DNA from: Callorhinchus milii
Lineage: Eukaryota
DNA: 64,000 nucleotides
Direction of reading: 5' to 3'
Assembly: GCF_018977255.1 (NCBI RefSeq)
Contig: NW_024704743.1
Span: 6,512,001 to 6,576,000 of the forward strand
Shown one piece after another: positions 53,742 to 64,000 of this stretch (positions are counted from its first letter, which is position 1; every line of letters starts with the position of its first letter). The position numbers and the translations under genes are program-made. The notes beneath the pieces are model-generated. The model was not told where the DNA came from. It searched no databases and was given only the letters and a program-made list of their open reading frames with translations.

Positions 53742-56483
53742 AACTAAGGGTAAGAAGCTTGGCAAAGTAGGAATCAGAGAGAAGAGGAAATCGTAGGAAA
53801 TTAAAAATGTTATATCTGAATGCGCGAAGCATTTGGAATAAAACTGATGAATTAAAAGCACAGATAGACACATATGGGTACGATCTAGTAGCCATCACTG
53901 AAACATGGTTACAAGGAGATCTAGGGTGGGAGTTAAATATTCCAGGGTTCTCAGTTTACAGGAAAGATAGGCACTGTGGGAAAAGAGGTGGGGAGGTAGC
54001 CCTGTTAATTAGGGATGAAATAAAAGCAGTGGAGAGGAAGGATCTGAAATCCGATGACCAGGAGGTCAAGACAATATGGGTAGAAATAAAAAATAATAAA
54101 GGGAAGAAAAAATTTATGGGAGTGGTTTACAGACAGCGATCACAATATAGCACAGGGTATCAATCAAGAAATCAGTGAAGCATGTAGGAAAGGTAAAGTT
54201 AATCGTGGGTGATTTCAATCTCCGCATAGATTTGGAAAACCAAATCGGCAAAAGTAGGTCAGAAGAAGAGTTCATTGAGTGTATGAGAGATAACTTTCTA
54301 GAGCAGCATGCTGAGGAACCAACTAGGAGACAGGTCATCCTAGATTTTGTTTTGTGTAACGAAACTGGGCTAGTTGGCAGTATAGGTATTAAGAATCCTC
54401 TGGGGCAGAGTGATCACAATATGATTGAATTCTGCATTAAGTTAGAGAGGGATAAAAGTACCACAGGGAAAGCTATTCATCCGTGGCTAACTAGACCAGT
54501 TAGGAAAAGCATCAAATTAAAAGAAAAGGCTTATAAAACTGCTAAGAAAAGCGGCAAATCTGAAGATTGGAAGAGTTTTAGAAACAAGCACAATAAAACT
54601 AAAAAACTCATTAAGAGCGAGAAAAAGGAGTTTGAGGGTAAGCTAGCTAGGAACATAAAGTATGATTGTAAAAGTTTTTACAAATATATTAAGAGGAATA
54701 GGCTAGTGAGGGTAAATGTAGATCCACATCAGTCAGAGACGGGAGAAGTTGTAATGGGGGACAAGGACGTGGCAGAGTCCCTAATTGGGTACTCTGCATC
54801 TGTCTTCACCCTAGAAGACACAACAAGTCTGCCAACAATAGAGATGCACCAAGGGGATAAGGACAGGGAGCAACTTAGGGAAATTTTCATTAGTAGAGAA
54901 TTGGTGCTAGGGAAACTGTTAGCACTAAAAAGTGACAAATCCCCTGGCTTGCATGCCAGGGTTTTAAAAGAGGTAGCTTATGAGATAGTGGAGGCTGATC
55001 TTCCAAAATTCCTTGGATTTTGGAACAATCCCAATGGATTGGAAGATCGCAAATGTCACACCACTATTTAAAATAGGTGGAAAGGAAAAGATGGGTAACT
55101 ATAGGCCAGTTAGTCTCACATCAGTGATAGGAAAAATTTTAGAATTGTTGATTAAGGATGTGGTAGTGCGGTATTTAGAGGGGCACAATATAATTAGGCC
55201 AAGTCAACATGGCTTTACAAAAGGGAAGTCATGTTTGACAAATCTCATAGAGTTTTTTGAGGATATTTCCAGTAAACTAGATAAGGGTGAATCAGTGGAT
55301 ATGGTCTATTTGGACTTCCAGAAGGCATTCGATATGGTTCCGCTTAAAAGGTTAGTCCAAAATGGAATTGGGGGGAGCATATTAACTTGGATTGGGGAAC
55401 GGTTAACGGGTAGGAAACAAAGAGTAGGGATAAATGGGTCCTTTTCAGATTGGCGGGATGTGACTAGTGGAGTGCCACAAGGATCAGTCCTTGGGCCTCA
55501 GCTATTTACCATCTACATCAACGATCTAGATGAGGACATCGAAGTTAATATATCTAAATTCGCGGATGACACAAAACTAGGAGGAACTGTCAACACAGAG
55601 GACGACATTAAAAAAATGCAGCGCGATATAGATAGGTTAGGTGATTGGGCAGATAGGTGGCAGATGAAGTATAATGTAGGGAAGTGCGAAGTCATCCACC
55701 TAGGTAGCAAAAACAGTAGAGTGGGTTATTTTTTTGAAGGGGAGAGGTTGGAATGTGTTAGCGTCCAGAGGGACTTGGGTGTCCTTGCACACCAATCACA
55801 GAAAGTTAGTCTGCAGGTGCAGCAGCAATTAGAAAGGCGAACGGTATGTTATTCAATATGAAAGGAATAGAGTATAAGAGTAGGGAAGTCTTGCTGCAAC
55901 TGTATAGGGCCCTGGTGAGACCACACCTGGAATACTGTGTCCAGTTTTGGTCTCCTCATTTAAGGAAGGATGTACTTGCCTTGGAAGGGGTGCAGCGTAG
56001 ATTTACTAGGTTAGTACCAGGGATGAAGGGGTTGAGTTACGAGGATAGGCTGACCAATTTGGGCCTATATTCTCTAGAATATAGAAGAATTAGAGGGGAA
56101 CTTATAGAAATCTATAAGATCATCAAAGGGTATGATAGATTAGATAGTGGGAGATTGTTTCCCCTGGTTGGAGAAAGTAAAACCAGGGGTCACAACCTTA
56201 AAATCAGAGACCAGCCCTTTTGCACTGAGTTGAGGAAGAACTTCTTCACTCAAAGGGTGGTGAATGTATGGAACTCGCTACCCCAAAGGGCTGTTGTCCT
56301 TGAACATATTCAAGACTGAGATAGATAGATTTCTTATTGCAAAAGGGATTAAGGGATATGGGGATAAGGCAGGGTCAGGTTATTAGCTGGAGTTAGATTA
56401 GAAGATCAGCCATGATTGACTGGCGGGACAGGCTCGAAGGGCCGAATGGCTTACTCCTGCTCCTACATGTTATATTATGTTAT
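53742..56483 (+). mobile_element. CR1-clade LINE ORF2 (EN+RT), frameshifted, same family as the 30-33 kb copy
   Basis: ORFs 53807-54178, 54175-55071, 55013-55861 and 55846-56319 carry EN and RT motifs. 3' end ...gggccgaatggcttactcctgctcct followed by an atgtt-type tail. Confidence 0.95.
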
Positions 56484-56620
56484 GATTTCAAAACGGAACT
56501 AGAAAAATATTTATAAAGAAGTAAACTACAGGGGTATAGGGAAAAGGGAAAGTAAATGAGATTTAAAACATTGTTCTTAACCTTCTTCTGTGCTGTAAAC
56601 TTCTATTGTTCTACGGTTCT
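56484..56620 (+). mobile_element. 3' end of the older CR1 (right half of the interrupted element)
   Basis: ttcaaaacggaactagaaaaatat...caggggtatagggaaaag...cttctgtgctgtaaacttctattgttcta is a CR1-type terminus, continuing where 53741 breaks off. Confidence 0.7.
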
Positions 56621-57361
56621 GGAACTGTGTTTTGACTCAATCACACAAGGTACTGATATTCAGGAATCTTGATGTGAAATAGTTCAAACGATACTCCATT
56701 GTACAATACATAAAAACAATCTCAAAGGAATATATCCAGGATCAAACATTGATGTGGATTTGTGGCAAACACGAGAAGAGGCTACAGGGAGGGACGGATC
56801 CGGCCTACGCTGACCTGTCGCTAAGCGCCCAGGAAACGGAGTCGGCTTTCACAGCGGGCACATCTATTTACTAAGGTCTCTCACATGAGGACCTGGATTA
56901 ACCAGCTGTTGCTGAGTATGCCTGCTATGTGGCATTAAATATGGACCTCAAGAACATTAAGATAGTTGGCACGTTACAACCTGAAAATTTCCCAAATTAA
57001 CAAATTTATTTTGATCTCATTGAATTTTAAAACTGCAAATAAATGTTGCTATTGTGCAATTTTCCCCCCAGAAATTTCAGGCACAATTTTGTTCCAAGTG
57101 CATTACATATCCCATAACTTGACTTATGTGAATTGCAAGAAAAATGAAGACAGCGATCACAGTCAGGGTATTAACAGCAACAGATCAGAAAAGTGAAAAC
57201 AAAACTATAAAAAATAGAAATAACAAAACACAGAAACCGCAAAAAGAAAAAGTCAAAATTTTTTAAAAAAGACAGCGATGAGAAGCAAATAGAAATATAA
57301 AAAGCATGTCACAAATTTCAAAAACAACCTTTCACGCACACATAGAGGAACTTGTAACCAA

Positions 57362-57745
57362 AATATAATTCTTGGATTTTATGTGGTGTTAACAGATCGT
57401 CAAGACATTTCAAAGTACTTCATCAGATCTTACTGGAAAGTGTCGTGACTTTCGTGGGCAAATGCCACAGCCTATTTGCACACAGAAATGTCCCACAAAC
57501 AACCAAGAAGTGAATGACCAATTTTATATGGCATGGAATGGGATCTTTAACATCCACCTGAACAGGCAAATGGGACCTCGGATTAATGTCTCATTCAAAG
57601 GACAGCACCTCTCACAATCCAGTGCACTTCTAGCACTGCATTGGAGGGTCAATGAAACCTGTGAGCTCGAAATCCTGACATGGAAATTGAGCCCATAAAT
57701 TTCTGACTAAGAACTGAGTGTTTCTGACTGAGCCAGGCTGACACC
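57362..57745 (-). mobile_element. Older Deu-domain-like SINE
   Basis: atgggatctttaacatccacctgaacaggca...acctcggattaatgtctcattcaaaggacagcacctc...actgagcc. Confidence 0.7.
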
Positions 57746-60402
57746 TGGAGGAAGAAGAGCGAAAGAGAAGTATGGAAACAGTTTATTCCCTTCCATAATT
57801 TTCTCTTGATGCACACAGAATGTTTTAACAGACAGACAGACAGACAGACAGACATAGGAAAAATACATAAAAAAGGGGAAAAAAAGAAAATGTGACATAC
57901 AGAAACGTTGTCATTTATGGGAACACTAATGGAGTGGAGAATTTTTATTTTCCTTATCCTAAATATGTGGACTAAAGTCAGCATATCACTAGGGACATCA
58001 CCTTCTTCTCTTTTCTATTTAAGATCCATTTGACTTCTACCTTCCTGCACTTTATGTACAGAATAACCTCATATGGTCATCTACAGTTGTCAGCATCAGT
58101 CACATTCACTTGCCTCCACTGAGCAACACAGCATCCTTTATTTTCTGCCGTTCTGCATTTTCAGCCTCTGGGCTTAAGTTGTATTTAGTGAGTTTTTGAA
58201 CTTGACTTGATACCTTTATAACTTTTTTGATTTATGCCACATCCTGGTTTCAAATTTGCTATCAATCATAAAAAGGCCTTTCCTGTAACTCAATAGCCAT
58301 GACCAGTGTCTTTCATTAGACCAGAGCTTTGTGTTGTGTAAGTTTTGTTCATGTCTTTCAAAAAAGATAAAGAATAAGTTTAATTTACTTACACGAATGA
58401 TCAAAATTAAATGTTCGTAGCATGGTCTGAGCTGAGCGAGTTGATTGTAGTATTCTACAATTGCTAAAGCCAATTGTAGAATACTACAATTGGCTTTAGC
58501 ACCTATAAGTCAGAGAGTAAAAAAACAAACCAGTGTTGTGTTCCTGCACATTAATTAGTGATTCTTGCTTGAGGATGCTCATTTGTGAACATGAGGTTAT
58601 TCAGGATGGGTTCAGATTCTGAGTAACACTCATTTTAAGATGCACTTGAATAATGGGCATTTGATTGAGGTAACAGAGGGTGCCCAGTAGAAGGATAAAG
58701 ATTCAGATGCCTTAAGAATAAGATGCATTTCGAGAAGACTTAGGCAGTATTTCCTTTAAATACAATGCAGCCAAGCTGTAATGGCACTTTACCTTCCCAC
58801 ATATATGAGGGAAAATCAGTTCCAAAACATTGACAGGGAAATAGATTTAGCCTGAGCCCTAGTCTTAAATTGAAGCTGGAGAATGTGAGAATTTCATGCT
58901 TTTTTGCATAATAGTAACATAAAAATAATTGATACAACTAAAAAAAAACTTAAAAAGCTGTGCTAGCAGCTAGAATACAAAAATAATTCTGTTGCATATA
59001 AATTTTAACAATGGTTGGGAATTGATCCACTACTGAACGGGCTGCCAAGAAATAAACATTATTGTCAGACACACTGACAGATATTTTGTTTTTATTAAGA
59101 TAGATAGGTAGGTAGGTAGGTAAATAGATAGAGAGATAGATAGAAGAAGATAGTTACCACATGATTACACATGCATTTTTTTTNGTGGTGTAACATACAG
59201 TAATGTGATTGGATATGTGATTATGGCATTATGGTATCACTAAATATGTCTTCCCATTGTCAATGCACTCAATGGGCATCTCCATGATTCATGATTTCAG
59301 TCTCATGCTGGAGGCTCAACAGATGTGTGATACATTTCTATCAGTTCTCATCTGGTCACTAGTGGGGATGTGTCCCTCTTGGGAAAACAGAAGAGCATAG
59401 CTAATGTCCACTTTCAGGAATGTGTGCTTACATGATCAATGCATGGGATTCACAGCTATTAAAGTGTCACACTATTGTAACATTCTTACAATATAAAGCA
59501 TGTGATCAGATAGATTCATTTTGATGTGGAAATATACTTACCAGAAAACGCTTGCTAGATAAGACGTACAGAATTTTGGAATCAGTGAATTCTTTATTGG
59601 ACAAAGAAAATTACCTAATATTTACAATGAGGTCTAATATTCAGTGATTTCTAACAGGATTCCTTAATACAGAACCTGGAAGACTTTGGTGAATTCCACT
59701 CTCATGTGATGTAATCTAATGTTCGGTGGAGCGTCCATGTGAATCAGTGTGGAGTGCTTAGCAAACTTCCTATTATCAGATGGAGTCCTCTCTTGGTTTC
59801 CTTATCAATGAATCTTATTAGAAACAGCTGCATATTAGGACCCAAGTGTCAGAAATCATATATTTGTGAAGCCAAATACCTATACTAATTAGAAATCACT
59901 GGAAGTAGGGATTTTGAAGATTGAGCGATACTTGTTGGCTCAACTATTGTTAAGGCCCACAAGAATGTTTTGAAAGAAGACTACAAAGATTTATACATAA
60001 TATTGAATTTGCGTCCGCAAGACAATTTGGGGCATTATAGACTAAATACAGTACCGTGTTTTTATAAGACGCTTCTTCATAGCATGAATTTTGTTACAAC
60101 ACGTTGTACTATGGATCTCAATCACTGCAGATACATGCAGCTGGCTAGTTCGCTTCCAACACGCTGGCCAACTTTTCCACCAACGTGACCAATTCCAGGT
60201 CATCAGATTGCAGCTGATCTCATTTCCCGCTATTTGCATGCACAACAAACAGGAAGACATGTCGGTAATAACGTGCTGACCAGGATAGCTTCACCCCTTA
60301 CTTGTAATGTAGCTTGCTGTAACTCTTTTAATATACAAAACTGTGACAGTGCCAGTAAAATTGATATTATAATCACCTGTAACTTGGAATTTTGAAACTG
60401 AC

Positions 60403-60624
60403 CTTAACCACTCCATTCTCATGCATAGTGATGCAGTTGTCAGGATTAAATGAGAGGTGATACAGAGCTTGTGCTGTAGCACGATGCACCAAAGGATCCT
60501 TTGATTTCAAATATCGAACCAGTGGGGCCACAGCCCCTGCTTCTCCAAAAGCGATCCTGTTGTTACCCCATGTGCAACAGCAAGCAATGGCGTCTGCCAA
60601 GTGGTGGCAGAGCTTATCATTTGT
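60403..60624 (-). CDS. ARMC4: ARMC4/ODAD2 penultimate exon ([41 protein letters not shown]...[11 protein letters not shown])
   Basis: Acceptor cccttccaacag|ACA, donor AAG|gtcagt, 222 nt, phase 0. Confidence 0.95.
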
Positions 60625-61511
60625 CTGTTGGAAGGGCAAAACAAGCGCAGCACATTACATTCCCCATTGGGATAATAAACAGCATATTCTAGTTTTTATT
60701 CTAGTATGTATACTATATGCTCCAAAAAGTTATAATTAACATGATAATAATTAAGTGAAGAAATGCTTTCAGATTTTTAAAAATAGTTAGGCAGGTTTTG
60801 TTCATCTTTTCTTCATTTTTTTTACATAATGAATAATGTTTATTTCCCCACTTCATTAAGTGCTATGAGGCCTACCCCACATGAAGGGTGCTATATAAAT
60901 ACAAGTTGTTGTTGTCCATTACTTTTATTTAAAATTTGTAAAAATACATGCTTTCATTTATAAAATATATTACTGCTTTTATCAACACATTAGTGTAATT
61001 AATTCCACAATTGATCAGGTGTTTATAAATGGATTTAAAAAAAACAATGGTTTGGGATACCACAGAATCTTGAATCAATGTTTTATAAGGTATATAATTT
61101 GCAGTATGAATAAGTTAGTTATTCACTGAAACTTGAAACGGTGTCTTGGACTATAAAATGAAACAAAGATCTAGTTTAATGGAATCAAACCATTACAGCA
61201 CAGAATGAAGCCTTTTAGCCTATTCTGGTACTGGTACTAACTTCTGCACTGAAGCTATCAACTCCAATTCCATTATCCTGCTCTTTTCCATAAGCTTTAG
61301 TATTACTTTTCCTTACACACTTATCCGATTCCTGTTTAAATATTGTTATGCACTCAACTTGAACAGCTATTTGTGGTAATCAGTACACATTTTCAGAATC
61401 CTTTGGAAACAAACTATTTTTACTTTTAGTGATAATTATCAATTTATGATTTTTTTTATGATCAATTATTTTGTACATTTGCACAATTAATATGACACTG
61501 AGATTACTTAC

Positions 61512-61700
61512 TGTGCTTGCCAGATTTGACAACATTGGGACAACTCCATGATCAGTTATAACCGCTAGATTTTCCTCATCCATGGCTATTTTGGCTAAAG
61601 CTGCACAAACACTGGCGAGTACCTCTGTGTTGTTGGATTTCAGCAAGTTAACAATCAATTCCAGACCACCAACAAAGGATCGAACCATTTCTCCAGCTTC
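61512..61700 (-). CDS. ARMC4: Armadillo repeat-containing 4 / outer dynein arm docking subunit 2, third-last exon ([22 protein letters not shown]...PMLSNLAST)
   Basis: Acceptor acttttgtag|GAA, donor ACA|gtaagt, 189 nt, phase 0. ARM-repeat sequence recognised as ARMC4 (ODAD2). Confidence 0.95.
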
Positions 61701-62685
61701 CTACAAAAGTAAATAGGATAAAGTGTTACTTGCAGCAATGCGAATGGTGGAATGTTGACTTTGCCAGGAAGGGTAGTTAAGGCCAGAGCACTCATTTAAA
61801 ACGTAAATGTAGTTTGATGTTATTGGGGGGGGGGAAGGGGGAGTAGGGTAGTTCTGGAAGGATGAGAAGGGCCTCTTTCGTCAACACCAATCTTGTGAGC
61901 TATAAATCTCATTGAGAGTCTGAGCTACTTTATTTTAAGTGGAAACTGCAATAAAAAATAATAAACAAAATATTCTGGAAATCAAAAGCAGCAATCAGCA
62001 TTGTTGTGCATAGAACCCTTCATCAGCTCCCATGAGAATAGCCTGAAACAACAGAGAGCTGTTGCAAACAACAGGAAGCAACAACAGCATTTACATTGCT
62101 CCTTTCATTTAAAGCGCTTTACAAAATAAGATAAATTAGAAATGAAGTGATTGTTAATATGGAGACAAATGTGCCAGCCAGCAATGTCCTATAAATGACA
62201 ATGAAATGAGCAGCCAGTTCCTTTGAATTTAGAGGTAAATATAGATGAAGAGGGAATGTATAACTGGGAGGAAGTCTCCACATTTGAGTAACATATTAGC
62301 AGGAGTAGCATACACCTGAATGACAAGGCAGAAATAACCTATATTAATGATACAATCAGATAAATGGGGTAATGATATGTAAATAAATACATAATGATAA
62401 ATAATAAACTTGTATTTATATAGAATGTTGAAAAGTATGCAAACATGGCAGTTAAATCCTTCCACAAATAATGAGATAGGTATCAAATTAATTAGAATAT
62501 TTTGGGGGTGAATTAGATTCCAAAGGGATATTGGCCAGAACACATTACTTATTACATTTAAATTTAATGGGAAAGGGTCTTTGCAGTGTAATGACACTGT
62601 CTGAGGGAATCCTAAACTAAAAGTCCTTCCTTTGAGTTAAAGCCATTGTTTACACCAGGAAACTGACTATATAGGAATCTTGCAA

Positions 62686-63043
62686 ATCAGTGGTTAGAGC
62701 ACTCGCCTCGCAAGCGAGAGGACCTGGGTTCGATTCCCAGGCAGGGTGAAACGTTAGGCAAGTTTCCTTACTCCACCCACCTTTGTTTACCGAGCATTAA
62801 GTAGGAACCTGATTGTTAGTCAATTGGCAGATCACTTTTCCGGGGGTAATAATTCCTTAAAAAAATAACAATTTGGTAACTCAATCCACGACTGTTTGTG
62901 GAACACTGCTGTGCGTAATTGGCTGCCACGATTCTCCGATAAAATATACAGTTAACTCATTCTTATATTCTTTGAAGTGCTTTGAGACGTCTAGAAGACA
63001 TGATAAGGCGCTCTATCAATTGCAAGGATTATTATTATTATTA
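62686..63043 (+). mobile_element. tRNA-derived SINE (long subfamily)
   Basis: tcagtggttagagcactcgcctcgcaagcgag...ggttcgattccc head and (TTA)n tail. Confidence 0.88.
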
Positions 63044-64000
63044 TATCAGGTTTGAAGAAGGTGAATGGGAGATTTACACCAGTGCTACTTAAGGAATAAA
63101 ATAGTGTTCCTTAATGCTCATTCGTTATGCTAATTAACACAAGGAACAAGTTAAAAAACACTGCACTTGTAACCCCTTTAATTCTAAATTTCATGTGGGA
63201 TAACTCTCAAATTTCTCAGTATCGGTTTCAGATAGCTCCTAATGTGACAAGGAGTATTATAACTCTGAGAATCTACTCCAAGAACAACATTTTCTGTTAC
63301 TATAGTTTCCATGAAACGATTCTAACACAACAGCATCAGCAAATTCTTAAGAAAATGTTGAGCTACATTTTTTCTGTAAGTTGTGTATTGGATTTTGAGC
63401 TCATGGGGTGGATCGTTTAAAGGTATGTTCAGCCACACAGAACATTTATTCTATTTTCTAATAGTTTTCTCAAAAGTACATTACATACTTCCTTTCCCCA
63501 CAAGTGTTTTTACATTTGTATGTCCACTGTAAAACTACATTTAATTTGATTACAAATATTTGAGAATGTACATGATCTGGTCCATTTATGGTGATACACA
63601 TCAGCTACTGTTTTATGTAAAATTTACATCACCATATATTTATATTATAATCCTCTATTTTTTCTTGTAAAACAAATTTATGTATACTTATATCAGTGTG
63701 CCCTTTATCCACTCACTTTGAATAATAAGAAAAAAAGTAATAGAATCAGGATGTCACAGTAAAAAATACCACAATGTTAAAGTCAAAGATTTTTATTTTT
63801 CAGTCGAAAAAGAATGAAATGTATTCAGGCAAAGGTAGTTGCATTACTGTTTTTTTTAGCCCAAAACGTTGTTATAAATCCTCAGGACAAGGTCATAAGC
63901 CCCCAGAGGGCTATTGTGATCCAGTAACTTATTAGTATTATATATAATATGTATATGTTTCATAACAGTGTAATCTTGGCACACTTTCAAATTCCTGGTA

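Noticed and set aside
56700..56960. Possible processed pseudogene fragment
   Set aside because: No recognisable protein in the frames I translated, and stop codons are present; cannot be supported without a search.

Overview
Vertebrate nuclear genomic DNA, most likely a cartilaginous fish such as a chimaera or elephant shark. That assignment is inferred from the CR1/L2/tRNA-SINE repeat mix and protein divergence, not proven. Two spliced genes lie in tandem on the minus strand. (1) The 5' part of MKX (Mohawk TALE homeobox): coding exons 9415-9237, 5941-5782 and 311-158, continuing off the left edge, with a GC- and simple-repeat-rich upstream region at about 9.6-17.6 kb. (2) The last three coding exons of ARMC4/ODAD2: 61700-61512, 60624-60403 and 35882-35769, with a 24.5 kb terminal intron. 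All six coding exons have canonical splice sites and consistent phases. The rest is intronic or intergenic and contains two long CR1 LINEs (one nested in an older CR1), many L2 3' fragments, a tRNA-Ala-like SINE family sharing its tail with L2, older Deu-domain-like SINEs, mini/microsatellites, and several unexplained inverted repeats and hairpins. I found no convincing evidence of a wholly new biological system. The best leads are inverted SINEs bracketing the MKX homeobox exon, a 120-bp inverted-repeat pair, an intronic hairpin, and possible MKX enhancers within ARMC4. Repeat boundaries are approximate, and most short ORFs in the track are repeat artefacts.
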